Below are positions 17,215 to 26,569 of a DNA stretch of 50,745 bases, one piece after another (position 1 is the stretch's first letter; the number at the start of each line of letters is the position of its first letter). Origin of the DNA: Patescibacteria group bacterium (GTDB lineage Bacteria > Patescibacteriota > Microgenomatia > UBA1400 > PJMF01); assembly GCA_049322575.1 (NCBI GenBank), contig JBMORQ010000026.1, positions 1 through 50,745 of the forward strand, in the 5' to 3' direction. The translations under genes were made by a program, and so were the position numbers. Below the pieces are notes generated by a model. The model did not search any database, was not told the DNA's origin, and was given only the letters and a program-made list of their open reading frames with translations.

Positions 17215-18636
17215 ATGACTGCCCCCAACCCCACAAGCGAGATCCTTGACCCAGCTCTGCAAAAAACCTTTCTCAAAGATAAAGCCTACCTCGAATCGAC
17301 TAAGCTGCCCATCATTACCGTTTCGGCAACATACAAAGAAGACCTCAAGGGTCTGCACCAGCTAAAAGAAAACGATCGCATCCCCGACTTTGTTTTTTCC
17401 CGGGCACACTATTCGATGGCTCTTGCCGCAGCAGTTCACGCCTGGAAAGGTCGAATTAATCCGCAAAAAGCCTGGATTGTTGACCCATCCAACTACGTAG
17501 CACATCAAGATTGGTTTAATATTTTGCTGACCGATGCCATTGGCCGAACTCTTGCCAGACAGCCATTGCTCAAAAAACTCAAGGATGTAATCGACAAATT
17601 TGGCAGACAAAAACTGCCCATCCTCAAGAGCATCACGCCCCCTTTGATCTACCTTACCAAGGACATTGAGAGGCCAATTCTGTCTTTTCATATCGCCTCT
17701 GGCAACATCATAGCGCAATTGGGTAAAAAAGTTATCCAAGTTGTCACTGATCCCCATGTGCGCGAGGATTATCTGGTCAACGCCGATCTACCAAATATTC
17801 GTTTTTGTGTTTTTGACGAGCGCACCAAGCACGAATTCCTTGAAAAAGCCCATCTCTTGGGTAAAAAAGTCAACCCAAACCGAGTGATTGTCACCGGCCC
17901 TCCGGTTGATCCTCGCATAATTGCGGCTCGCAGCAATAAACAACCCTGGGAGTCACATCGTCCTCTTCGCCTTTGTTTAACCACTGGTGGATTGGGTACA
18001 AATAAACCAGAGATCGAACGGTTTTTGCAACAAATTTTACCCGCAATTAAAGAAAAACGTTTGCCCATTGAGCTAATGGTTTACGCTGGTACACACCAAG
18101 ACATTTGTGATTTAACAGTTGAACTTGCCAGAGTAAATAATCTGCGCCATAAATTGATAAAGACTGAAGATCCAGCCAATTTTGAGATTGGCAGCCAGCT
18201 AAATCACACCCAGCAGACCAAACTTAACCCTCATAGCCATCTAACGATTTTGCATCATCCCCAGATTGTTGATGCCAATGAGCTGCTGATCCGTTTTGCC
18301 TTCCCCTGGGCCGACGGCTTCATCACCAAGCCCTCTGGAGACATGGCCTATGACGCAGCTGCTGCAGGTTGTTTCTTACTGACTCTTGAGGAATGGGGTG
18401 AATGGGAATACAACATTAGGGCTGTATTCGAAGGCCTGGGCATTGCCCAAAAAATTCAAGCGGTAGACGCTGTAGGCCAACTTCAGTACTTGATGGGCCC
18501 TGCTGCTTTAGGCAAAATTTACAACCCCAAAATTCACTTTCAACCATGGATTACTGTCGCCACCCGCAAAGCTCATCACCTTGAGCCGCTATTTCTGCAC
18601 GGCATAAAAAAGATTGTGGACGTTGCCAAAGAATAA
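17215..18636 (+). CDS. Putative GT-B glycosyltransferase (MGDG-synthase/GT28-like motifs)
   Basis: QVVTDP, VTGPPVDP, LTTGGLG, ADGFITKPSG, WEYN; start may be 17140. Confidence 0.6.
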   Translation: MTAPNPTSEILDPALQKTFLKDKAYLESTKLPIITVSATYKEDLKGLHQLKENDRIPDFVFSRAHYSMALAAAVHAWKGRINPQKAWIVDPSNYVAHQDWFNILLTDAIGRTLARQPLLKKLKDVIDKFGRQKLPILKSITPPLIYLTKDIERPILSFHIASGNIIAQLGKKVIQVVTDPHVREDYLVNADLPNIRFCVFDERTKHEFLEKAHLLGKKVNPNRVIVTGPPVDPRIIAARSNKQPWESHRPLRLCLTTGGLGTNKPEIERFLQQILPAIKEKRLPIELMVYAGTHQDICDLTVELARVNNLRHKLIKTEDPANFEIGSQLNHTQQTKLNPHSHLTILHHPQIVDANELLIRFAFPWADGFITKPSGDMAYDAAAAGCFLLTLEEWGEWEYNIRAVFEGLGIAQKIQAVDAVGQLQYLMGPAALGKIYNPKIHFQPWITVATRKAHHLEPLFLHGIKKIVDVAKE

Positions 18637-18679
18637 TAAAAAAGAAAAAGTTGGCCTATTGGCCCTAAAGGACAAAGAG

Positions 18680-18883
18680 TTACTTTAACTTCTTCATCGT
18701 CTTGTGTGTGGTGTGCTTTTTACAGCGTTTGCAGTATTTACTGATAGGAAAAGAACCCTCACCAGTGGCTTGTTTTAAAGCGATCTCATTATTTTTGTTG
18801 TACTCGGTAACGTAGTTGTGGGCTTTGCATTCACTACACTGCAAACCAACAATTTGTCGTGGACCTTTTTTCTTTTTTGCCAT
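18680..18883 (-). CDS. rpmG: 50S ribosomal protein L33 (Zn-ribbon type)
   Basis: RQIVGLQCSECKAHNYVT...KYCKRCKKHTTHK; AAGGA SD before ATG 18883. Confidence 0.93.
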   Translation of the reverse strand: MAKKKKGPRQIVGLQCSECKAHNYVTEYNKNNEIALKQATGEGSFPISKYCKRCKKHTTHKTMKKLK

Positions 18884-18961
18884 ATTTTCCTTTTTGATTC
18901 GAGTTTTTTGCCTCTGGTTCAGCGTAAGTTTTTCCCTTACACCGCATTTCTCATTTGTCTG

Positions 18962-19035
18962 AGCCATCTCAGGGATTCGAACCCTGGACCTACAGTTTAC
19001 AAAACTGTCGCTCTAACCAACTGAGCTAAGATGGC
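18962..19035 (-). tRNA. tRNA-Thr(TGT)
   Basis: GCCATCT/AGATGGC acceptor, ACAGT-TTTGTAA-ACTGT. Confidence 0.96.
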
Positions 19036-19126
19036 AATTTTACACTGACTTTACTTGTTTTTCTAGAGCTGCTTCTGATGTATTTCAGAACAACCAGCCA
19101 CAAATAAAGATTTGCTTCATCACCAG

Positions 19127-19208
19127 TGCCAGGAGCAGGATTCGAACCTACGAAGGCTATGCCAGCAGTTTTACAGACTGCCCTCGTTGACCACTTGAGT
19201 ATCCTGGC
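19127..19208 (-). tRNA. tRNA-Tyr(GTA)
   Basis: GCCAGGA/TCCTGGC acceptor, GCAGT-CTGTAAA-ACTGC, long variable arm. Confidence 0.96.
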
Positions 19209-19327
19209 TTATCTTCTTCCCGCCAATTTGTCGTTTCTTGTACCAACAGACTGTGTACTAATACTAATTAATATAACAAAATATTAAATACACGAACAAA
19301 TGAGCGATCACCAACTGTCAGAAACTG

Positions 19328-19399
19328 AGCCGAAGATGGGAATTGAACCCATGACCCCCATCTTACCAAGATGGTGCTCTACCCCTGAGCTACTTCGGC
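19328..19399 (-). tRNA. tRNA-Thr(GGT)
   Basis: GCCGAAG/CTTCGGC acceptor, CCATC-TTGGTAA-GATGG. Confidence 0.96.
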
Positions 19400-19440
19400 G
19401 ATTTGCCTTGCTTAAACCGATCTTTTATCTATTCGTCCAA

Positions 19441-19496
19441 TAGACTTGCAGTGAAATAGCATTTTTATTACAAAATTTTATTTCGCTACAAGTCCA
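19441..19496 (-). repeat. Internally deleted, inverted copy of the 919-1081 palindromic element
   Basis: Reverse complement TGGACTTGTAGCGAAATAAAATTTTGTAATAAAAATGCTATTTCACTGCAAGTCTA joins both ends of the long copy at a shared TTTTGTA. Confidence 0.8.
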
Positions 19497-19653
19497 ATAA
19501 AAATTGGTCTCAAAACTTTCTTCATCAAAGGCATATTCATGAAAACAGCCACAAACGCTGGCTATTATAACCTATTGAGCGATTTTTTTTGAGAAAGAAA
19601 CACACTAGCAAAACTGTGTATCAGTAAAAACAAAACAATTTAAATCTAACTCC

Positions 19654-19800
19654 TCAAGAGCCAGGCGTGAGGGGTAGCCGTTCCCCCGGATAAACCAGGT
19701 GGGCAGGACGACCATCACTCCACGAAGTAACGGCACAATCCATCGGCCCGTTAAAGAACTGTTGAGGAAAATTCGCTTACCCCTCAGGACTGACTCTTAA
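19654..19800 (-). ncRNA. ssrS: Probable 6S RNA
   Basis: Long closing stem AAGAGTCAG-CCTGAGGGGTA / TACCCCTCA-CCTGGCTCTT; CCCACCTG...CGGG...AACGG resembles Firmicute-type 6S; CATAAT -10 on minus strand at 19811-19816. Confidence 0.55.
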
Positions 19801-19884
19801 AGAACAAGCCATTATGGCCCAAAAACTTAGAAAAATAAAGATCATCAAAAATAGACTTATAGGGTTTAACCAGGCCGGCAACAA

Positions 19885-20775
19885 TTAACACCAGTCTTTG
19901 ATTTTGGTACCGTATTTTTCGTTTTTCATCACAAACTGCAAATGGGCTTTGAAATAATTTTCAGGGTCACCTGTGGTCATCCATTCTCCTTTGGTACGCT
20001 CGACTAAAACCCTTCTAGAATGCGCAAGTTGGGTGATGGCGTCAACCGTCCAGAGCTCATTGTCTTTTCCCGTGTTTGTTGGAGTGAGAAACTCAAAAAT
20101 CGAGGGTTTGAGCAAATAGCGACCGTAGGAAGCCAAATCTGATGGCGCAGTACCTACCTCAGGTTTCTCTATAATATTGTCCAATAAACAATCGCTCTCC
20201 CGCGCGAAACTGATTATGCCGTATTTATCAACTACCTCTGGAGCAACAGGTTGTGACATAATGATCGCCTCAACACTTGTATCGCGCTCATAGGCTTCTA
20301 CCAGGCTTTTGGCATCTCCTGGTTCACCAAAAATCACGTCGTCGCTATACAAGACCAAGAACGCCTCTTCACCCTCAACAAACTTTTGAGCAGAAGCCAC
20401 TGGTGAACCATTGCCGTAAGGCAAACTCGGATCCTGAGTGATGACATGGATCTTGGGAAAATCTAAAATATGCTGCACTGGTTCGTAACGATCTTCTTTT
20501 CCCTGGGAGGCAAGTTGTTTGCGGATTCGATTGACGCTGTTATTAAAATAATCCTCATATATCGGCAAACCTTCGGGTGTAGAGACGATGATAATTTCCT
20601 CTATGCCGGCCTCAACACACTCCTCTACAACAAACTGCATGATGGGACGATTGCCAAGCGGCAACATTGCTTTCGGGATTGTTTTGGTTATCGGTAAATA
20701 TCGGCTAGCGAAACCAGCGTCGGTTATGATGGCCTTTCTGACTTTCTTCTCAACTCGTTCATTTTCTGAATGCAT
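19885..20775 (-). CDS. galU: UTP--glucose-1-phosphate uridylyltransferase family (paralog 2)
   Basis: KAIITDAGFASRYLPITKTIPKAMLP, IEKP, SYGRY, ELWTVDA. Confidence 0.8.
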   Translation of the reverse strand: MHSENERVEKKVRKAIITDAGFASRYLPITKTIPKAMLPLGNRPIMQFVVEECVEAGIEEIIIVSTPEGLPIYEDYFNNSVNRIRKQLASQGKEDRYEPVQHILDFPKIHVITQDPSLPYGNGSPVASAQKFVEGEEAFLVLYSDDVIFGEPGDAKSLVEAYERDTSVEAIIMSQPVAPEVVDKYGIISFARESDCLLDNIIEKPEVGTAPSDLASYGRYLLKPSIFEFLTPTNTGKDNELWTVDAITQLAHSRRVLVERTKGEWMTTGDPENYFKAHLQFVMKNEKYGTKIKDWC

Positions 20776-20988
20776 TTTGCTCCTTGTTTAGCTAAATCCA
20801 CGTGGACTAGTAGCTCTGAAAAGCAGTTTGGTAATAAATAACGTTATTTCGCTATTAATCAAAAGATAATAGTCAGATTTCAAAAATCTACTTGCGTGAC
20901 TAGTATACTAAACTTTCATCAAAAAGGCATTTTTACAAAACACCAATAAACATGACAACCCTATTGACTTCATCTTTGAAAATTCTGT

Positions 20989-21984
20989 ATGCTAAAAGTC
21001 GAACAATTTTTTTGGCTAGTGCTAGTAGTGTCCAAGGCAAAATTGACCAAGATTTCAGTTAGACCTCCAGTTAAAAACTTACTCTCCTCTCAGGCAGTTA
21101 GGTTGTCAGTTGGCCTTTTTGCTTTCGTGGTCATTTTGGGGGGCACGATGTCGGCCATCCGCCTGGCCAGTATTAACCAAGAAACCAGAAAGCAAGCCCA
21201 AGAGGCTGATGATAATCTATGTGAGTGGTGTGGCTCAACCTGCAAGCTTAAAAACACCATGCAAGCCTGCCAAGAGGGTGATCCGCTCAGGGGCTATGAT
21301 TGCCAATACATCAGTACCGATGAGCATCGAGGCTGCTTTGCTATTCCAGAAGATCCTCAAGATCCAAATAATTGTGAGTGGTGTGGCCGAGAGTGCGTCA
21401 AAACCGGTAGTGTTAACAACTGCCTGGCTGTCTTGCCACCTATCGATGAAAGATGTGAATGGATTCCAGAAAGACTCGACTGCGATGAGGTGCCAATAGT
21501 CGCCCAGCCCACTGCCACCCCAATCCCTTCAATTTCACCCACCCTCACAACCACTCCTCGTCCAACCAGCACTGTAACTCCTCTTCCAACCGCCACCCCT
21601 CAACCTGGCAGCCCCACCCCAACACCTCGTCCAACTCTTGTACCTGGGGTCACAGTCTCTCCCGCCCCAACTTCAGCAACCTGTGAGCCCCAGTGCCAAA
21701 GCTACCCTGCATGTTATTACGCTATCCCCAGCTGTGAGATTGATGGTCTACCTCGACCAGTTGGCGGCTGGTGCAAACCAGCTGATTTTGACAAAGACCA
21801 TGACGTTGACTCGGCCGACGTTAGCTATCTCGTTGATCGTTTCTTCTCTACATCATCCTCAACCTCTGTACAACTCGCTGATTTGAATCGAGACGGTTCG
21901 GTAGATCTTCGTGATTACCACGAACTGGTCAAACAGTGGACAGGGTCGAGAAATGTCGATATTTGTGAGAACACCATTCATTAA
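20989..21984 (+). CDS. Exported protein with Cys-rich repeats, Pro/Thr linker and C-terminal dockerin domain
   Basis: TM, two CEWCG repeats, PT linker, duplicated Ca-loops ADFDKDHDVDSAD and ADLNRDGSVDLRD. Confidence 0.75.
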   Translation: MLKVEQFFWLVLVVSKAKLTKISVRPPVKNLLSSQAVRLSVGLFAFVVILGGTMSAIRLASINQETRKQAQEADDNLCEWCGSTCKLKNTMQACQEGDPLRGYDCQYISTDEHRGCFAIPEDPQDPNNCEWCGRECVKTGSVNNCLAVLPPIDERCEWIPERLDCDEVPIVAQPTATPIPSISPTLTTTPRPTSTVTPLPTATPQPGSPTPTPRPTLVPGVTVSPAPTSATCEPQCQSYPACYYAIPSCEIDGLPRPVGGWCKPADFDKDHDVDSADVSYLVDRFFSTSSSTSVQLADLNRDGSVDLRDYHELVKQWTGSRNVDICENTIH

Positions 21985-21990
21985 GAGCCA

Positions 21991-24942
21991 ATGACTACAA
22001 TGAGCAAAGAGAAAAACACAAAAGCACCAGCAAAAAACCTCGCAAGCAAGTTCTCGTTCTTTGCCGGAGTCTTTAGTTTAGTTCTACTGTCTGTTCTAGC
22101 CGTCAGCTCGATAATTCTGCAAAAACGCGTCAGGGAACAGAGCTTCGATACCCGCAAAGCCGCCCAAGTTCCACCAGGACAAAGCGTTTTAGTCTCCTCG
22201 GTGCCAACAAGTAGCACTTCCACCACTTTCAACGTCGGCGAACGCTCCTCCGTGGTTCTTAACATCAACACACAAGGTTACTCAATCGATGGTATACAAC
22301 TCATAATGCGCTTCCAAGGCGAAGGCGAGATGTTTGCCGACAACAATCTAGTAGTTGAAGCTCTAGCCGCCCAAGGACTACGAGTTGCTCACTTGGATAA
22401 TAATCCCATTAGTTGCACCGGATGCAGTAATGCTCGTTTAATTCGCGTCATTGCCATCACTGATGATCCAACACGACCCTTCACTACTAATAATTCTAAC
22501 GTGCCGTTGCTGCGTTTTAACTTTACACCTCGCTCAGCAGGGCAAATTAGCCTCGATTTTCAAGCACAATCATTGGCAATCATCAATGGCACCGGCACGG
22601 TTGTCGATCTAAGCAATCTCTCTTTTGACTACACCGCTGTTGTCAACACCCCAGTTGCTCACCCAATCAACTGGCGCACCAACGATGCTTATCTCGAAGC
22701 TGACGATTTTTACATCATGGCTAACGGCCGTCGTTTCACTGGTGCAGCTACTTATAGTATCGCCTCAGACCCGCCTACTCCACCCGACGTTAATTACACA
22801 ACATTAGAAGTTACCTGGAGTGAAAACGGCACTGAAATGCGCACTTACCTATATTTCCGCAAAAATGCCCAGGGTTGGTATGTTGATGAAATTCGCACCT
22901 ATAACGGCAATAATCCGGGTGACTGGATCTACTACCTCAATCCTGAAGCTCAAATTCCTCAAACCGCCGTCGGTCGTGCTTACACTAACTCTGGAGAACT
23001 TATTTTCACCAGCAGCCAAGGAGGCGTTGGCGAAATCCACTTCAGAAACCTTAGGCTTCAGGCATTTCTACAACCGGAACCAGCCCAGTGCCACTACACC
23101 TACGGTAGCTGGTCCACCTGCACCAACGGCTGGCAAACCCGCAGCTACTCCTACGGGCCAGATGGCTGTTATTGGTACCAGCCCGAGACACTCCAAGAAT
23201 TAGCCAGACCATGCTCGACAGGTGGCACTTTGCCCATCACCACAGACTACTTTATGGTCTATTCCTACGAGTCCTGCTGGCACGGTGACTCAGAAGGTTA
23301 CACTCTACTTTTCGCCTGGAATGACGATATCTTCTCCGACGTCACCTGGATCGACATTTCTGAATCACCGGACTTCAGTAATTTTGCCCACAAAAACGTT
23401 CAAGATGATGTTCAACCATACTATGGTTGGTTGCTAACCAACGGTTTGGGTTTTTTCCGAGGTAACAACACCCAAGACCGCTTTTATTTCAGACCTGATA
23501 CCAGATATTACGTTCGCCTTTACAATTGCCGCAACCACAGTGGCGTCTTAACTTTTTACATGCCCCGTTGCAGCGGTGTCGGCGGAACCTCCTACAGACA
23601 GTGTAACGAAAGCTGCGACAGCAACCGTCAATGCGCCCCCAACCTCACTTGCTACAACGGCCAATGTCGTTTAGCAAGCAACGTTGGTAGCAACGTCTGT
23701 GCGCCCAGACCAGACCAAGGTCTAAACAGAACCTGCAACGAATATTGTGCTAACTCTGGTGAATGTCAGGCTGGATACACCTGCTGGTGGAATCGTTGTC
23801 GCAACCCTCAAAACCTCGAGGATCAGTACTGTCGCTCAACGGTGACTACTACCACCTACTATTACTATACCTCGAATGTAAGTGGTCAAGAAGTTGACGC
23901 CGAATGCAACACTGTTTGCCAAAGCAACCATCAATGTCCCGCCAATTACCGCTGTTATGGTGGCCAATGTCGCTTGGCAGCCAATCCACAGAGCAAAACC
24001 TGCAACCCAAGCGAAATTGTACCCATATCCGGCGAAAAGGGCGATGATTCAGGTGCCATTAGTCAAATGGACAAAGACCCAAGTGCCACCAACGAAGCCG
24101 AACTCTCGCCCACCCCAACTACAGCTCAAGCCAGCACTAAGGAAACTGAGGAAGAAACTGAGCTGGCCAACGAGACAAGTCTTGATCTTTTCAAAAGCTT
24201 CTTACGAGACCGCCACATCTCTCCCTGGCTTTTAGTGTTGGCCGGACTGGGCTTACTACTTGTTATCATCGTTTTGATTGTCATTGCAAATCGCCAAGAT
24301 GAGTCGAGTCCCTCTGTCTACTCAAATCCAAGCACTTATCAGAAAAGCCAGTCAAACTACCCGACAAACACTTCCAGTGGCAGCACAACCAAAGCAACAA
24401 CCGGTTACGGAACATCGGCTTACAATCCCACAAACAAACAAACAAACTCAACCTCACCTGTAGCAAAATCCTATGGCACTGGTATCGTCTCGACCATCCC
24501 AACCACCAAACAACCTAGCTCCTCGGGCTATAGTTTAACTAAAAACACCTATGGATCTGGTAGTTATGCCAGCAAGCTGCAGAGCGGTAATACACCAACC
24601 AAACCAACCTCTGCCACCACCAGCTCAACTCCGGTGGTTAATGTTGCCAAGACCAGTCCTATCACCAATCCTTCTCAATCTGGGCCAACCTCAACCGCTC
24701 TTCACAGCAACACAACTCCATTCAATAAAACTGCTACCTCCCTCACTCCAAGCACCAGGCCATCTGTCAGCCAACCAACCACACCTGTGACCGAGAAACG
24801 TGTTCAAGTTGGCTACTCTGGCGTATCAAGCAATTCCGGCATGATGGACAAGCTTAAGAGCCGAGGCATTACACCCACAGTTACCTCCCAAGCCAATCAG
24901 TCTCAGGCTAATAAAGGTGGTCAGGACAATAAAAAAAGCTAA
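21991..24942 (+). CDS. Large surface protein with cohesin-like domain, Cys-rich repeats, second TM and Ser/Thr-rich tail
   Basis: TFNVGERSSVVLNINT..IDGIQLIMRF..LLRFNFTPRSAGQISLDF; TSP1-like YGSWSTCTNGWQTR; three six-Cys repeats; TM WLLVLAGLGLLLVIIVLIVIA. Confidence 0.7.
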   Translation: MTTMSKEKNTKAPAKNLASKFSFFAGVFSLVLLSVLAVSSIILQKRVREQSFDTRKAAQVPPGQSVLVSSVPTSSTSTTFNVGERSSVVLNINTQGYSIDGIQLIMRFQGEGEMFADNNLVVEALAAQGLRVAHLDNNPISCTGCSNARLIRVIAITDDPTRPFTTNNSNVPLLRFNFTPRSAGQISLDFQAQSLAIINGTGTVVDLSNLSFDYTAVVNTPVAHPINWRTNDAYLEADDFYIMANGRRFTGAATYSIASDPPTPPDVNYTTLEVTWSENGTEMRTYLYFRKNAQGWYVDEIRTYNGNNPGDWIYYLNPEAQIPQTAVGRAYTNSGELIFTSSQGGVGEIHFRNLRLQAFLQPEPAQCHYTYGSWSTCTNGWQTRSYSYGPDGCYWYQPETLQELARPCSTGGTLPITTDYFMVYSYESCWHGDSEGYTLLFAWNDDIFSDVTWIDISESPDFSNFAHKNVQDDVQPYYGWLLTNGLGFFRGNNTQDRFYFRPDTRYYVRLYNCRNHSGVLTFYMPRCSGVGGTSYRQCNESCDSNRQCAPNLTCYNGQCRLASNVGSNVCAPRPDQGLNRTCNEYCANSGECQAGYTCWWNRCRNPQNLEDQYCRSTVTTTTYYYYTSNVSGQEVDAECNTVCQSNHQCPANYRCYGGQCRLAANPQSKTCNPSEIVPISGEKGDDSGAISQMDKDPSATNEAELSPTPTTAQASTKETEEETELANETSLDLFKSFLRDRHISPWLLVLAGLGLLLVIIVLIVIANRQDESSPSVYSNPSTYQKSQSNYPTNTSSGSTTKATTGYGTSAYNPTNKQTNSTSPVAKSYGTGIVSTIPTTKQPSSSGYSLTKNTYGSGSYASKLQSGNTPTKPTSATTSSTPVVNVAKTSPITNPSQSGPTSTALHSNTTPFNKTATSLTPSTRPSVSQPTTPVTEKRVQVGYSGVSSNSGMMDKLKSRGITPTVTSQANQSQANKGGQDNKKS

Positions 24943-24971
24943 ACAGAAATTTCGTGTTAGAATAGTGCCCC

Positions 24972-25154
24972 ATGCAAGCAATTAAAAAATACTTCCAGGA
25001 AGTTGTTCAAGAGCTTAAAAAAGTTAGCTGGCCCTCCAGGCAACAAACAATTAACATGACCATGGTGGTAATTGTTGTTAGCCTGATAATAGCCGCTTAC
25101 CTAGCTGGTTTGGATATCGTTTTCCAGAAAATGATGGGCGCTGTCTTGGGCTAG
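24972..25154 (+). CDS. secE: Preprotein translocase subunit SecE
   Basis: ELKKVSWPSRQQ plus single TM, upstream of nusG. Confidence 0.95.
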   Translation: MQAIKKYFQEVVQELKKVSWPSRQQTINMTMVVIVVSLIIAAYLAGLDIVFQKMMGAVLG

Positions 25155-25315
25155 TTATCAGCTAGACCAAGATTTTAGAGGACAAAAAAATCACCAGAAA
25201 CTCCCGCTAAAAAAAACGGCAAAAATGATGTAAAATACTCGGATCTAGTTGAGATTTACCTCATAAGTACATTAATCAAGAAAATCACAACGCTTATTCA
25301 GCAACTAGGAAAATT

Positions 25316-25948
25316 ATGGCAAAAACAGCTCAAGTTAACCAAGACCAACCACTAACTCCCCCAGAGGTGCAGGAAGTGCGTGTAGATTCACCCAATATTG
25401 TCACAATCTCCGATGAAGAGAACAAAAAAGCCCGATGGTACGTTGTTCACACCTACTCTGGTCACGAAAATAAAGTTGCCGAAACACTCAAACAAAGAAC
25501 TGAAACTCTACACCTAACAGGTCAAATCCTAAAAGTTTTGATTCCAACCCAAGAAAAAATTCAAATCCGCCGCGGTCAACGCAAAACTGTCAACGAGAAA
25601 ATCTTCCCAGGCTACATGTTGGTTCAGATGGAGATGTCAGATGACGCCTGGCTGGCTGTCCGCACCACTCAAGGTGTGACTGGTTTTGTTGGCATGAGCA
25701 GCAAGCCAACTCCCTTACCAAGACACGAGGTCGAAGCTATCACTAAATACATGTCTCAAGGCACTCCTCAATTTAAGGCCGACTTTGTCGACGGTGAGGC
25801 CGTTCGTATCGTCGACGGACCCTTCAACGATTTCTTGGGTACAGTTAACTCCATCGACGAAGGCCGTGGTAAAGTTGAGGTTTTGGTGAGCATTTTCGGA
25901 CGCGAGACTCCAGTCGAGTTAGATTTCTTACAAGTTCAGAAAGTTTAA
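25316..25948 (+). CDS. nusG: Transcription termination/antitermination factor NusG
   Basis: WYVVHTYSGHE, FPGY, GVTGFVG, KOW domain, IFGRETPVELDF. Confidence 0.98.
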   Translation: MAKTAQVNQDQPLTPPEVQEVRVDSPNIVTISDEENKKARWYVVHTYSGHENKVAETLKQRTETLHLTGQILKVLIPTQEKIQIRRGQRKTVNEKIFPGYMLVQMEMSDDAWLAVRTTQGVTGFVGMSSKPTPLPRHEVEAITKYMSQGTPQFKADFVDGEAVRIVDGPFNDFLGTVNSIDEGRGKVEVLVSIFGRETPVELDFLQVQKV

Positions 25949-26093
25949 AGACTAATACCTAAATATTGGCTTGCTTATGGCACCTAGCCCTTGCAGTTGA
26001 GCCGAGCAACAAGCCAGAAAGTATGCTAAAATAGCGCTTCCGAGAAACTGATTGCTTCTGTCAGGATCTCAACAAACGCATCAGAAAGAAAAA

Positions 26094-26516
26094 ATGGCAA
26101 AAAAAGTTAAACAAATCTTAAAATTGAATTTACCAGCCGGATCAGCTACCCCAGCTCCTCCAGTCGGTCCTATTTTAGGTCAAGCTGGTATTAACATGAT
26201 GGATTTTTTGAAGCAATATAATGACGCCACTAAAGATCAACGTGGTCAAGTTATCCCCGCTTTAATTACTGTCTACGAAGATCGTTCTTTTACCTACGTT
26301 CTTAAGCTACCACCAGTTTCAGACATGATTAAGCAAACCCTGAAACTCAAACAAGGCAGCGCCAAGACAAAATCGGATGTGGTGGGCAAGTTGACCCAAG
26401 ACCAAGTTCGAGAAATCGCAGAGAAGAAATTACCAGACCTCAACACCACTAACCTGGATGCGGCGATTAAGTCCGTTACCGGCACCGCCAAAAGCATGGG
26501 AGTGGAAGTTATATAG
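26094..26516 (+). CDS. rplK: 50S ribosomal protein L11
   Basis: ATPAPPVGPILGQ, YEDRSF, GTAKSMG. Confidence 0.98.
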   Translation: MAKKVKQILKLNLPAGSATPAPPVGPILGQAGINMMDFLKQYNDATKDQRGQVIPALITVYEDRSFTYVLKLPPVSDMIKQTLKLKQGSAKTKSDVVGKLTQDQVREIAEKKLPDLNTTNLDAAIKSVTGTAKSMGVEVI

Positions 26517-26569
26517 TAACGAAATTGCCCCCTGGGCAAGCCGATCGGGATGGTCGGCAAGAGGAAAAT

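Noticed and set aside
19654-19800. SRP RNA or RNase P RNA
   Set aside because: Lacks the SRP domain IV CAGG-GRAA-AGCA motif and the RNase P GAGGAAAGTCC motif; too short for RNase P
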